A stretch of DNA of 64,000 nucleotides from Eledone cirrhosa (lineage: Eukaryota). Location: NCBI GenBank assembly GCA_964016885.1, contig OZ024749.1, positions 37,076,001 through 37,140,000 of the forward strand, given 5' to 3'. Below the pieces are notes generated by a model. That model ran no database searches, was not told the origin of the DNA, and saw nothing but the letters and a program-made list of their open reading frames with translations. This document shows positions 43,365 to 58,467 of this stretch, piece after piece. A program made the position numbers and the translations under genes. Position 1 is the stretch's first letter. Each line of letters starts with the position of its first letter.

Positions 43365-44352
43365 TGTATGTATGCATGTATGTATGTATGTATGCATGTA
43401 TGTATGTATGTATGTATGTATGTATGTATGCATGTATTTATGTATGTATGTATGCATGTATGTATGCATGTATGTATGTATGTATGTATGTATGTATGTA
43501 TGTATGTATGTATGTATGTATGTATGTATGTATGCATGCATGTATGTATGTATGTATGCATGCATGTATGTATGTATGTATGTATGTATGTATGAATGTA
43601 TGTATGTATGTATGTATGTATGCATGTATGTATGTATGCATGCATGTATGTATGTATGTATGTATGTATGTATGTATGTATGTATGTATGCATGCATGTA
43701 TGTATGTATGTATGCATGCATGTATGTATGTATGTATGTATGAATGTATGTATGTTTGTATGTATGTATGCATGTATGCATGTATGTATGTATGTATGTA
43801 TGTATGTATGTATGTATGTATGTATGTATGTATGTATGTATGTATGTATGTATGTATGTATGTATGTATGTATGTATGTATGTATGCATGCATGTATGTA
43901 TGTATGTATGTATGTATGTATGTATGTATGTATGTATGTATGCATGCATGTATGTATGTATGTATGTATGTATGCATGTATGTATGTATATATGTATGTA
44001 TGTATGTATGCATGCATGTATGTATGTATGTATGCATGCATGTATGTATGTATGTATGCATGCATGTATGTATGTATGTATGTATGAATGTATGTATGTT
44101 TGTATGTATGTATGCATGTATGTATGTATGTATGTATGTATGCATGTATGTATGTATGTATGTATGTATGTATGTATGCATGCATGTATGTATGTATGTA
44201 TGTATGTATGTATGTATGTATGTATGTATGTATGCATGCATGTATGTATGTATGTATGTATGTATGCATGTATGTATGTATATATGTATGTATGTATGTA
44301 TGCATGCATGTATGTATGTATGTATGCATGTATGTATGTATGTATGTATGCA
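43325..44352. repeat. ~1 kb (TATG)n microsatellite with CATG variants
   Basis: Direct reading. Confidence 0.98.
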
Positions 44353-44656
44353 TATTTGTGCCTATGTATATGTGTGTGTGCTTGAACGTTAATGTGAGTC
44401 TGTATAAATATATATACGCATGTGTATGTATATATTTATCAATCTCTGCTAGCGTCCATTCGACGTTTTCACCGGATAGTGCAGGTAGACTAGTCAAAAT
44501 CACAAACACGTACGAATATACAGATAGACATACATACATGCATACATATATGCATACATATTTCCGGATGATATAAAACACATATATGCATACACACACA
44601 TGCTTCTACAACTATAACATCATTAACTACAACTACTACTATAACTAATATTAATA

Positions 44657-44842
44657 ATAATTGTTTCTACATTTGGCACAAGGCCAGCAATTACCCAGTA
44701 CATTACTGGTACTTTATTTTATCGACCCCGTAAGGATGAAAGGCAAAGTTGTCCTCGGCGGGATTTGAACTCATATCATAAAGGGCCATAACTCTATGCT
44801 GCAAAGCATGGCGTCCGACCCTCTACCGATACTGCCAATCCA
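44657..44842 (-). mobile_element. SINE family A
   Basis: Reverse-complement family match. Confidence 0.9.
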
Positions 44843-44857
44843 AATAATGGTAATGGT

Positions 44858-45140
44858 TTCCCTTATTGGCCACAAGGGCCGACATGTAGGGGACAGTACA
44901 AAGACACGAACAGTGGTGGTTTACAATAAGCTCGAGTAAAAGTGCACAATGGCAAGACTAATTTAACAATGAAGATATAATAAAATATATAAAATAAACT
45001 ATGCATAAATATAACAAAATAAATTCCCCAATAGAGATGGGGAGGGGAGACAACCCAGGGGTGACTCAGGTACCTCACCAATCCTGAACCACCCTGCGCT
45101 TCTAGGGCACCCGGGGAGAGCACCCTTCTCCTCTTCAAAT
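44858..45140 (-). mobile_element. 3' UTR fragment related to the Tx1-like element at 17083-17590
   Basis: ttattggccacaagggccgacat is the reverse complement of the atgtcagcccttgtggccaataa terminus. Confidence 0.55.
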
Positions 45141-45217
45141 TAGCCAGTCTATAGGCGCAAAATAAACAATAGATTAATAGTGATTGATATTATCATCTTT
45201 ATGGTGATTGGGAGTTA

Positions 45218-45249
<32 letters not shown>

Positions 45250-45315
45250 GTGTGTGTGTGGGGGGGGGGGGGGGTAATGGTGAAAGCAGCGATTCTTCGC
45301 TTAAACTTTAATCTG

Positions 45316-45539
<224 letters not shown>

Positions 45540-45540
45540 T

Positions 45541-45659
45541 GAAGGCGTGTGGCTGAGTGGTTAGAGAATTAGATTCGCAATCGTACGGTTGTGAGTTCGA
45601 TTCCTGGACCAGGCGATGCGTTATGTCCTTGAGCAAGACACTTTATTTCACGTTGCTCC
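45541..45659 (+). mobile_element. SINE family B 5' part (tRNA head plus CORE-like domain)
   Basis: A-box tggctgagtgg, B-box gagttcgattcc, then ccttgagcaagacactttatttcacgttgctcc. Confidence 0.85.
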
Positions 45660-47948
45660 TTCTACCTGGAGTTGCGACCGATAGATAGTATTAGCAATTG
45701 GAAAGACCAACGGAAACATTGTTCCCTCGGTCCGATTTGACGAAAGTCGATCGTTCCTATATATATATATAAACCTGTATATATTTCAACGAAAAATGAT
45801 GTGTGTTACTCAACAACCTTACGAGTCACTGGTTCCGGGAATCGAACACATTTATTTACCTAAGTCCCACACTCTAAACACTTCGTCACGTGCTTTAATA
45901 ATTTGTGATAGGATGAATTGTAGCGGATCCGTTGAAAGTATCCATTGAAATAGAATGTGTTCTTGTTAGTGAATAATTCATCAACCACTGTTGTAAATGA
46001 AATGTATGTCTTTTCTTAGATGTAACAACCACTGCCGGTGTTTATAAAAAAACTGCTGGTTGTGTATTATAGCAGTTGTACGAATTATATATGAAACTAA
46101 TAGAATGATAGATACATTCCTTAACTACCATTTTTTTAATTAAATAAATTCTTTGGCTTACTACAAGAACTATGTTAGTCTCCACTTGACTTTTAATTAA
46201 ATAGCTATGCCGTTTTAATGATTTCAGCTTTATAGCTCACTTCTGCATAACTACAGTTAGTTGCTAATACTGTACTGTGTCTTTTACCAGAGAAGGTGTG
46301 TAGGTTAGTGGTTACAGAGTTGAATCATGGCAGTGCGTTTGCGAATTCAATTCCCGGGCCTGGGATATGCACTGTATTCTTCAGCAAAACACTATATTTC
46401 CCGTTATTCCAGCCCGTTCAGCTGGAACAAATAGGAGCGCGTGTAATTCAATGGGCCACACTTGACCCAAATTATGACATGACTGAATTTCCCTGAGATA
46501 AAGTATGTTAGTCATCATCTAATCTAATCTATCTAATCTGGCCGAGTTTAAACTCGCAAATAAAAAGAACCAGGGCCACCCCTAGGAGTACTGGATTTGG
46601 TGTACATCATATTTCTTTCGGCTGCTGAATACAAACATGGATCGCTGCTTCTCCTGAAGGTCAATAGTTCTCTTCTAACTCGAGCGGGAGCACCTTTCCA
46701 TCGTCAATTTGCATTGATCATCTGCAAAGCCGCATTGTTCTCAGAATCACTACAGCAGTCTTTCGAATCATGCAGCTGGAACTACTGGCACCCATTGATT
46801 TGGCAGGATTTTTATTTTTTTTTTTTAGATGGCCGTTGACTCTTATGAGTTCTTCCGCCATTTGTCAGGTTTTGTTTTTTGTCCTGCAGGGTCTCCAAAA
46901 TCACTCTCCTCACCAAGTAAACTTGGTGGGGTTGCCGGTTTAGTCACCAACGACCCGACCAAGCGACAACTCATCAAGAGTGACCTGTCATCATTTGATA
47001 TTTAATTAACTCGTTTCGTCACCATGATATCACACTTAATCTACGGTGGATATGTAATAAACGTGGCAATATAACTATTGCATGATATCTCACGTTAAAC
47101 TACGGTGGAAAGATTCGAATATTACGGTATCATTTTGAATATTTTAAGATAGAGTTAACAATAAAAATACTGAAACGAATCAATAACTCATTGATCCACG
47201 ACGTTTGCATTTTTAATTTTTTCCCTCATATTTATTTCGAAATAGTTTTCCATTGTATGCCTTAGTTATTAATTATTAAATGTGATAATTGAAAATTGGA
47301 ATATAACCAGGCTGTCATAAATACTATGTTCCTACATCTGTCACCTTGTCAACAACTTCGCCTATTTAATATGTCCTTACATTTGTCACCATGACAACCA
47401 ACTTTCGTCATTTCAACATTTTGAATACCATACGTTATATCAGCGTTGAATACCTGGGTACACACACAAATTAAAATATTCAATGATCACAATATATACT
47501 AATGTAACATATTCACTTATAATATGCAAATAACTTATTAGGCAATTCACAAAGTTTCTTACAAATGTTCATAATATTCCTAATTTATTATAATTTATTA
47601 TGATTTATTATAATTTATTACACATGTTACAAATAGTCGAAATAATTGACATAATAATGTGAATGTGTTAAATTATCGAAATAAGCTGTTGCTTTTGACA
47701 AACGAAGGAGTAAATCGACGTGGTCCATAGATCTCCCTAGAAATAGCTGTGAAATTTCCCTCAAATCATATTGCCTTAATTTATATAAGGATAGATCCAT
47801 TTGTACAAAATTGTCGTTGATATTAAAAACAGACGAGGTGGTCATTACTGGAATGCTTCTGAAAGATAAGAACGATATAACAACACTTGCAAAAATCAAT
47901 AAAGTCGTACAGTATGCTTTGCAGTATTTAATCAGGAATTATTATTAC

Positions 47949-48092
47949 ATAGAGTTACGGCCCTTTACGCCCTGAGTTCAAATCCCGCAGAGGTTTGTTT
48001 TGCCTTTCATAAAATAAAACACCAGGTTGATTTAATCGACTTTCCCCTACCACAAAATTGCTAACCTTGTGCCTAAATCAGAAACCATTATT
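47949..48092 (+). mobile_element. SINE family A, truncated and internally deleted
   Basis: B-box and tail gtgcctaaatcagaaaccattatt. Confidence 0.75.
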
Positions 48093-48980
48093 AAGACATT
48101 CTTCAAAATACAATACATCTCTATGATTGCATCACATTAGATATTTTAGTCCTCAACTCATTTTACTGCAATTTTCCCAACAAACTGTCCATTGATACAA
48201 ATACTATAAACATTTGAATTAACAAATCATGTGAGACCACATTATTTTGAAAAGTACAAAGCAACACTTTGATTACATCGCATTGAAAATTAAATTCTTT
48301 ATTCTAATACCGCAAATTTCACAACAATCTGTCCAGCTTCAAAGAAACTTTAAGCATTTGTATGATCAAACCTGATAATAAATATTTCCTACTAAAACAT
48401 TACAAGATGTTAAAAGTTAATGAACATATCTGAAGGTAAAATATAACAATAGATAACATGTTTTGTTATCCGGTTATGTCCCTTTATATTCTGAATTCAA
48501 ATCTCGGCTTTGACTGTCATCTATCCAAGGGCGAAATAAAAACTAAAATCTACCAGCCAATTCATCCGGTCTTGTAGATAACCACACAGAAATTATAATA
48601 ATACATCTACCGAATTTATTAACGAACACGAATGATGTAAACTACGATTAAAAAAAAAAGAAGAATATATATATATACACTACATAAATTCACGATTTCT
48701 TTGAAAAATAAGTTGAAATTTGATATAAGAATGAAATTCGAAAAAATATATTCTTTTATTCCTGCATAATTGAAACGGGTTTTCCATTACATCTTCCTAC
48801 ACGTCCTCCACCACAACCATTACCCCACATCATTCTATTCCTCCTCGCCCTTCGCTTTACCTTCCCAGCATTCTTCATATTCTTCTCTAAAGACGTATTT
48901 CTTTAAACATTAATAATGCTATCATTCTTTCCATTAAGAGATATTCTTACACTTGTTCTTACAAAGAATATCATTATCAC

Positions 48981-49044
<64 letters not shown>

Positions 49045-49451
49045 TGGCCATTTCAGTGATATCTGTTGTGATAACTTTCAGAATATTAATTGGCAAATAT
49101 GTTTTTGGCGTTTGTTTTTGTTTTCATTATAAATATTATTTTTATATATTTACACATATTTTATGTGTGTGTGTGTGTATGTATATATATATATATATAC
49201 ATATATACATATTTATATATATATAAGTATACATATATGTATATATATGTATGTATAAACATATATATATATATATATATATATATAGGTTGCGGGATAT
49301 ATTAACATATATATATATATATATGTATTCAAATTAATCTTATATACTCAGATATATTTACAGAAAATAATAAAGTATTTTTCCTTGTATAAAATCAGAT
49401 ATTTTTTATTAACTTTTCATGCCAAATTACCGTATGTATTATATATATATA

Positions 49452-49582
<131 letters not shown>

Positions 49583-49856
49583 CAGGTATGTATCTAAGTA
49601 TTGTATAGAGACAGAGAACTATGCACACACTGACAAACAAAATATTCAAAATTGAAAATTCAGAATAAAAATTTAGCAAAATTTGAAATAAAAGATTAGG
49701 GAGAGAAAATCAGGAAGAAATTTCGAAAGCAAAGCGAAGTGGAAAATGGAAAAATATGTTTGCATTGTGGTTTCTGAGAATCTTGCTTATTTTATCGTCA
49801 CATATATATAATATAACGATTTACAAATTACAATACAATTTTCGGTGGGAAGCAAA

Positions 49857-49891
<35 letters not shown>

Positions 49892-49944
49892 ATAATAATA
49901 ATAATAATAATAACACTACCACCACCACCAACAACAACAACAAT

Positions 49945-50044
<100 letters not shown>

Positions 50045-50413
50045 GCAACAACAACAAAAACAAGAAGAACAGTAACAAAAACATCAGAAATAAAACTATT
50101 TTTGAAAAAAAAAAAAAAAAAGAATTAAATTTGAAGAGAAAATTATTAAAACTGTGATGGCTTTTAAAGGATATTCACGAAGTAAGAGTCGCACTTCATT
50201 GTGTATTTTGAAAAGAACCAGTTAAAAATGTTGCTTCGGAAGACTTCAGATATGAATTGTGAATTGTGAAAAAAATAATGCTAGGACAGACATATAAAAG
50301 AATTGTCCGTACATATTTTCCAATCTGCGTATATAGATTCTCACATACGCGCACATGCCTGCATAAACGCGTACAAACATGCAAACAAACACATATACAC
50401 CTCCATGTATACG

Positions 50414-50444
<31 letters not shown>

Positions 50445-50506
50445 GTGTATATATAAATATAAATGTGTATATGTATATATATATATATATACAGATATAT
50501 ATATAT

Positions 50507-50556
<50 letters not shown>

Positions 50557-50589
50557 GTGTATATGTATATATATATGTATACGTATATA

Positions 50590-50631
<42 letters not shown>

Positions 50632-50640
50632 AATGTGTAG

Positions 50641-50690
<50 letters not shown>

Positions 50691-50745
50691 TACGTATACA
50701 TATATATATATACATATACACATATACACATATATATATTTACAT

Positions 50746-50779
<34 letters not shown>

Positions 50780-50867
50780 TTATTTGTGTGTTTCTGTGTG
50801 TATGTATACATAAATGTATGTATACATATACTTATCTACATATTTACTTATCTCTCTCTCTCTACAC

Positions 50868-50905
<38 letters not shown>

Positions 50906-51149
50906 GCGTGTGTGTGTATACGTGTGTTTGTGTGCATGTACGCGTATGCGTGTATGTGTGTGCATGTAAATGGTGTACGAGGAATGTGAAAATCTAATTT
51001 TAATTGAGTTACCGAACAGAATATCAACATCTTAAATTATATTCATAAAAATAATATTTTTATTTTTCTAAAAAATAAACAAATAAAAAATAAAAAAACA
51101 CCATATATCCTTTACACACATTGGCTAATATTATATCTCTCTGTATAAA

Positions 51150-51340
51150 GGGCGGTGGATTGGCAGTATCAGTAGAGGGTCGGACACCATGCTTTCCAGC
51201 TTAGTTACGTCCCTTTACGATCTGAAGTTCAAATCCCGCCGAGGTTGACTTTGCCTTTCATCCTTACAGGGTCGATAAAATAAAGTACCAGTAATGCACT
51301 GGGTAATTGCTGGCCTTGTGCCTAAAGTAGAAACAATTAT
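51150..51340 (+). mobile_element. SINE family A, full length with 18-bp TSD
   Basis: attatatctctctgtata at 51130-51147 and 51336-51353. Confidence 0.95.
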
Positions 51341-51518
51341 ATCTCTCTGTATATAAATACGTATTTACACACACACACACACACTCTCTCTTTTTCTCTC
51401 TCTCTCTCTACCCCCCCCCCATATATATATATAAAGAGATAGAGATAGAGGGATATGTAAAACCCCGACCACGGTGACAAGCGGTTTCGGTTCGTGGTCT
51501 CCTCGGTCTCCGCAACCG

Positions 51519-51597
<79 letters not shown>

Positions 51598-51599
<2 letters not shown>

Positions 51600-51706
51600 A
51601 ACGGGCCGTCGGGGTCCTACTCGTTCCTATTACCCACTCTACTACACTAAGTATTGAGTACTTTGGTGTGTTATGGTCCACCTGGTTCCTTACCACATTT
51701 CCTTCG

Positions 51707-51708
<2 letters not shown>
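51598..51708 (+). mobile_element. Family H3 minimal copy between two (TA)n tracts
   Basis: taggaacg (short inverted arm) + gccgtcggggtcctactcgttcc...ccttaccacatttccttcgtt. Confidence 0.75.
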
Positions 51709-51729
<21 letters not shown>

Positions 51730-51752
<23 letters not shown>

Positions 51753-52312
51753 GGAAAATAGTAAAATCGAATCTCTGGCGGTTTGCAAGTAAATTCGGCC
51801 TACTTATATGAAATGATGAGTTAGCAAAGCACTTGATAAGTTGTGGCCTCAGAGTAATAACATACGTTTAAATAGCTTGACAAATCGAAGATTGTGGTAG
51901 GCGAATCTAACACACGATATAGACCAAAGTAACGATAGAACGAATCAGGTTGAGAAAAATACACCTGGACAAATCAAACGATTAATCGTTTAAAGTGTTT
52001 CTTTGAATCCGAAATCAAATATCAATATAGGATGCGTCCATAGGCGGTATGCCGGTTGAGCACTCTATGCTCCTTCGGAGCAGAGTATGATGAAATGGAA
52101 AACGAAGAATTAGTGATGCATCGAAACACAATTTATTACGTATTACAGTTGTTTCTCCGTCGAACAGCCTGAGGTGCGATCTGTTTGTGGATCGAACCTG
52201 TCTCTGGATTCGCAAGTTCCTCAGATGCGTCTATTTTTTTCGAAGAAAATTCTCTACGAAATCACTAGACGTATCTGAGGAACTTGCGAATCCAGAGTCA
52301 GTCTTCGTTTTC

Positions 52313-52318
<6 letters not shown>
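51730..52318. mobile_element. TA-flanked fold-back element with an internally deleted short arm
   Basis: 52202-52233 pairs with 52266-52297 and 52093-52108 with 52302-52317. Confidence 0.75.
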
Positions 52319-52368
<50 letters not shown>

Positions 52369-52372
<4 letters not shown>

Positions 52373-52433
52373 CACCACCACCACCACCACAAACAACAAC
52401 AACAACAACATACCAAACATCACCACCACAACC

Positions 52434-52465
<32 letters not shown>

Positions 52466-52770
52466 CATACCAAACACCACCACCACCAACAACAACAACA
52501 ACATACCAAACATCACCACCACAACCACCACCACTACCAACAACAAAAACAACAACATACCAAACACCACCACCACCACCACCACCAACAACAACAACAT
52601 ACCAAACATCACCACCACAACCACCACCACTACCAACAACAACAACAACAACATACCAAATACCCCCACCACCACCACCACCAACACAAACCTCACGTCC
52701 GCATCCACTACTAGCAATAACACTACCACAACCACCACCACCACCACCACAGCAACAACAGCAACAACAA
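52369..52770. repeat. (CAC)n/(CAA)n compound repeat with cataccaaa spacers
   Basis: Direct reading. Confidence 0.9.
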
Positions 52771-52984
52771 AAGAATTCTACCAGATTTCTAAAACATTGG
52801 TATTTCAAGAGAGCTGTAATGTTAAAAGATGATTGGTTTAAAGAACTTCTGGAATAAAAGACAGATTTTTTTTAACGGAAGTTTCAATTAATTTCAATAA
52901 ATTCTTTCATTTTTATATGAATTTTAATGTCAGTGCAAAAAACAATGGAAGAGAGAGAAAGTGTGTGTTTGTGTGTGTGTGTGT

Positions 52985-53047
<63 letters not shown>

Positions 53048-53991
53048 AGAAAGAAAGAGAGTGATTAAGAGAGGATGATGAAGGAAAGAGAACGAGAGAA
53101 GTGGAAAAGGGCGGGGAGACAACATTTGAATACGGAAGAAAAAAGAACAGACTCGATAAAGTGATGATGATGACGACAGCTTTTAATAAAAATAGAAATA
53201 ATAAAAATAATGATAACACTTATCAAGGTAATAATGGTGTTGATGATGATGATGATGATGACTTTTAATTTAAAAAATGCATAATAAAAATAATAATAAC
53301 ACTAATAATGATAATAATAGGGTTGATGATGATGATGGCGATGATGATGATGGCGATGATGATGATGATGATGACGATGACAATGAATGAATGCCAATAA
53401 TAATATAATATAATATAATATAATATAAAATAATATAATATAAAATAATATATATATAATTGAGTATTCTATGTAAAACAATTCTGTGATATTTCCATTG
53501 CTAAATGTCTTTACCTCCTGTGTTACATAATTCCTCAACATCACATCAGATAATTACACATATTACCCACAATGAGAATCATTTGGAAGAAATCATTATT
53601 ATTTTGGGAGTTAGGGTCGAGTGGGTGGGAGAAAGGGGTTACTGCATTTTTTTTACTCTTGTCTGTTGGTTGTTTAGTATTGGTTTTCGTTAATGTTTTT
53701 AGTTTATTTGGTGCTTTTTAAAAAAAATATATTACCAATACTTTCAGAAATGGTCTTCTTCTTCTTCTTCTTCTTCTTCTTCTTCTTCTTCTTCTTCTTC
53801 TTCTTCTTCTTCTTCTTCTTCTTCTTCTTCTTCTTCTTCTTCTTCTTCTTCTTCTTCTTCTTCTTCTTCTTCTTCTTCTCCTGAGAGTACACGTAATAAC
53901 GTTTTTTTTTTTTAATCATTTATTCATTCATTTTCATAATTTGAAATTCATTATTGCCATATTATAACTCTGTTAATTTTATCATTAGACA

Positions 53992-54510
53992 AATTGTCAG
54001 AATCGTTAGAGCGTCTTATAAAATGATTTGTGGTATCTCTTTTGGCTTTTTGCATTCAAATCCCGTCGAAGTAATTTTTTTCTTTCATACTGCTGGGTTC
54101 GACAAAATTAAGTAACAGTAAAATACTGGGTTGATTTATTCATCTTTCCCCGTACCCACAAATCGTTGACCTTGTGTCTAAATTAGATATCATTATTAAA
54201 ATATTAGAAATATTTATTGTGTAGTTTAGAAATGATGGAAGCACGTGGCCTAGTGGCAAAAGTGTTGGATTTATGATCATAATGTCGTGGGTTCGATTCC
54301 TGGGTTGCGTGTTGTGTTCTTGAGCAAAACATTTCATTTCACGTTGCTCCAGTATAATCAGTTGAAAATGAGTACCAGCAATAGTTGGGAGTTTAACATT
54401 GCGATGGACTGGCGTCCTGTCCAGGGATTAGTCTTGTACTCTCAGTCTCTTCACGCCATGAAACCGGAATAAGCACCGGCTAAATGAGCCTTCTGGCTTA
54501 AGACAGACTT
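53992..54510 (+). mobile_element. Degenerate SINE A (53992-54195) followed by full-length SINE B (54238-54510)
   Basis: SINE B: A-box tggcctagtgg, B-box gggttcgattcc, CORE-like ttcttgagcaaaacatttcatttcacgttgctcc. Confidence 0.8.
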
Positions 54511-55090
54511 TAGACTAGTTTAGAAATGAAGAATACACAACAGGAGTAAAATAAGGGGAGATAAAACAATGTTTTAAAAAAGAGGTCCTTACCATAAATT
54601 ATCACGGAATATAGGGTAGAAGTGTAAACTGCTTTTTTTGTTCTGCGTTTCTTAATTTACTTTAGTTTTCACTCTTGTCTGTCTGGCTTGCATTGTGCTG
54701 TCTTTCCCCACAAAAAATCCTACCACATATTTCACAAGGCTGCATATAAGCGAAACAATCGTGTACACATCTAACGCACATTTAATATTCCTAGATACAT
54801 GTTTCAAATGACGAAATAAAATAACAGTTTTATTTTGTCATTTTTATTATTCACGTTTTCATTTATTTCTGACTTACTTTATACTGGCTTTTCTAAAGTA
54901 CCAGTAATACACTGGGTTATTACTGGCCTTGTGCCAAAAGTAGAAACAATTATACTGGCTTTTATAAAGCAGTCATAACCACATATTTCAATATTTATTC
55001 AGCCGACCAATAGAATAATATAATATGTCATGTTTCAATGGATTATGGGGGTGATTGTGAACCGAGTTCCTGTGAATACACAGAAAATTA

Positions 55091-55131
<41 letters not shown>

Positions 55132-55198
55132 TATATATATATATATAATATATATATATATCATATATATATATATCATATATATATATATATATATT

Positions 55199-55235
<37 letters not shown>

Positions 55236-55311
55236 TATATATATATATATGATATATATATATATATATATGATATATATATATGTATATGATATATATA
55301 TATATATGATA

Positions 55312-55344
<33 letters not shown>

Positions 55345-55358
55345 GTATATATACATAC

Positions 55359-55407
<49 letters not shown>

Positions 55408-55408
55408 C

Positions 55409-55439
<31 letters not shown>

Positions 55440-55842
55440 CATATATATATACATATATATACATATATATATATACATATATATATACATATATACACAT
55501 ATATATACACATATATACACATATATAAACACACATATATATACATATATATATATATATACATAATCTCACACACACACATACACACACACACATACAC
55601 ACATATATATAACTATTTAAATAGATATTTGAATAATTAAATAAGTTGATAATTTAGTAGTCAATTAATTAAAGAAAGAAACAATTTAATAAGTAATCAA
55701 TAATTGGATATATAAACCAATAATTACATAAATAAATAATTGTTTAATTGCTGAAAGTATGTCGTAATGAAACCAGTTAGTATAGCGTAGTATGTAATAT
55801 AAACTTTCTAGGTTCGAATCGCATTGGATTATTCTAGGTGAA

Positions 55843-56609
55843 ATAATTGTTTTTACTTTTGGCTCAAGACCAGCAAATACCCCAGTGCATTACTGGTACT
55901 TTATTTTATCGACCCTGTAAGGATGAAAAGCAAAGTTAACCTCGGTGGGATTTGAAACCAGAACGTAAAGGGCCATAACTCTATGCTGCAAAGCATGGTG
56001 TCTGACCGTCTACCGATACTGCCAATCCACCACCCTAAAATAATTGTTTCTACTTTTGACACAAGGCCAGCAATTACCCCAGTGCATTACTGGTACTTTA
56101 TTTTATCGACCCCGTAAGGATTATTCTCGGTGAAATAATTGTTTCTACTTTTGGCACAAGGCCAGCAATTACCCCAATGCATTACTGGTACTTTATTTTA
56201 TCGACCCTGTAATGATTATTCTCGGTGAAATAATTGTTTCTACTTTTGGCACAAGGCCAGCAATTACCCCAGTGCATTACTGGTACTTTATTTTATCGAC
56301 CCCGTAAGGATTATTCTCGGTGAAATAATTGTTTCTACTTTTGGCACAAGGCCAGCAATTACCCCAGTGCATTACTGGTACTTTATTTTATCGACCCTGT
56401 AAGGATTATTCTCGGTGAAATAATTGTTTCTACTTTTGGCACAAGGCCAGCAATTACCCCAGTGCATTACTGGTACTTTATTTTATCGACCCCGTAAGGA
56501 TGAAAAGCAAAGTTAACCTCGGCGGGATTTGAAACTAGAACATAAAGGGACATAACTCTATGCTGCAAAGCATGGTGTCTGACGCTCTACCGAAACTGCC
56601 AATCCACCA
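55843..56609 (-). mobile_element. SINE A copies joined by a 95-bp tandem array of SINE tail plus flank
   Basis: Full SINE at 55843-56035; taattgtttc at 56041, 56136, 56231, 56326 and 56421; the last unit continues as a full SINE. Confidence 0.92.
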
Positions 56610-57323
56610 AATAATGTCTTTTTGTTTCTGTTCTCTTTCTTGTTTACGGCGTATGTGTGTGTTTGTGTATTTGTGTATTTGTGCTACTGTTGTTGTTGGT
56701 TGGTGGTCGTGTACTTGGCGTTGTAGTTGTAAAATCTCACATGTTACAATCTACCCGTTAATGTAACAGCTGATAATAATGTAATGAAAACAATAACTAC
56801 AAAAAACACTAATAACATTATCATCATATTTATCATGATCACCACCACCACCAACAACAACAACAACAAGCAAACAGGTGACGTCATACACCACAAACCC
56901 TCTTATTAAATACTACTATATTCACCCGAGCGTGAAACGTGCAATACACTGATTTTCTCATCCAGAAAACTGTTATAATAATCATTAATAAACCTCACCT
57001 GTAATGTAGCACCACCACCCCGCATCTCAAGGACAGACAAGAAGCCCCCCCCCCCATAATTTGTAATGAAGAGGCTACTAACATTGTAATTCCTGCCTTA
57101 TATCCTACGCACTGTTCTCTTCTTATTTATATCCCAGAATCCTTTACCTTCACCGACCCAATTCTTTGCTTTAGGCTCAACTTATATTCATATCTATCTT
57201 TGTAGAATTGTAAATTTTCCTGTCCAATCTTTGTTTCGTTGTCGCTTCACAAGAATCTCCTCGCCAACGAAGTAATTCTCTAATCTGGCACAAACTAGAA
57301 TTATAAATGCAACAGCACCTTAG

Positions 57324-57771
57324 CCCTTTAGTATTTACATAACTCGATATTTACTCTTGTGTTTTCACGGTAAAGGTTTTATCTCATATAATTATCTCAC
57401 ATAATATTGAAAATATTTTGATATTATTTATTATGAGAACAATACCTTAAAGTCGGTATGAGGGGCCAGTTATGGCCGGTTTGAACTGAAAGGGGTGAGA
57501 AAACTCTGGCCGGGTAAGGCCTGCTTAACCCATCCTGGCTTAACGTCAGACACCTCTGATCGTCTCGACAATCTACAAGATTTTGATATTATTTATTTTG
57601 AGAATAATACCTTAAAGCCGGTATGAGGGGCCAGTTATGGCCTGTTTGAACAGAAAGAGGTGAGAGAATTCTTGTTGTATAAGGCCGACTTATTGGTTAA
57701 AGGGTTAATGCGCAAAACAGCCGGCTCAATCAAACCTGGCTTAACGTCAGACACCTCTGTTCGTCTCGACA
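57324..57771. mobile_element. piggyBac-like MITE (40428 family) with duplicated right half and flank
   Basis: ttag-ccctttagtattta ... taaaggg-TTAA (57705). gagaa(c/t)aataccttaaag(t/c)cggtatgagggg and cctggcttaacgtcagacacctctg each occur twice. Confidence 0.7.
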
Positions 57772-58467
57772 CGTATGGACGGCTTCTGTTCGTGGTGTTG
57801 AGGAAGTCCTATTTAAGACCATCTCAAACTACCCAGGGTTTAATTACTGTTACTTGCCTATACAAGTACCAGTAATTACACGTTAGGTCAACATAAATAT
57901 AGAATACCAGGGTAGCGTTAGGTTTCTATTTAAGAGAACATTTCCCTCCAACTCCTCCACCCATCCAATATATGACCCTATAGCTATGTCAGAACTCTAG
58001 ATATACTTTTCTTTAAATTTTTTAAATATGTTATCACGAGTGTTAGAGTACATTGCTACAAAAAATATACCCTTTAACATAATTATTTCTTTCTGTTTTG
58101 GGGGGTTTTGTTGGTGTGGGGTGGAGGACTGGGGGATCTAGCTGTTAAGGGTGTGGTGATGGCGGGTTGCGAGTTGGTGAATGGGGGTAGATCTTGACAA
58201 AGAGATGTGAATGTAGCAGATACATAAGATACAAAGAAGAAGAAGAAGAAGAAGAAGAAGAAGAAGAAGAAGAAGAAGAAGAAGAAGAAGAAGAAGAAGA
58301 AGAAGAAGAAGAAGAAGAAGAAGAAGAAGAACAACAACAACAACAACAACAACAACAATAACGGCAATAACAAGCAGAAGATGAACATCTATAGACATTG
58401 ATTCCTTGTCCTTCTTCTTTTCTTATCATCCTTGCCGAGGAGATGACAGTGACTTGAGGGTGAACCA

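Noticed and set aside
45541-45615. tRNA gene
   Set aside because: A/B boxes run directly into the SINE body; it is a SINE head.
47627-47899. 90-aa non-repetitive minus-strand ORF
   Set aside because: No ATG at the start of the frame, no clear splice signals, no recognisable homology; left uncalled.
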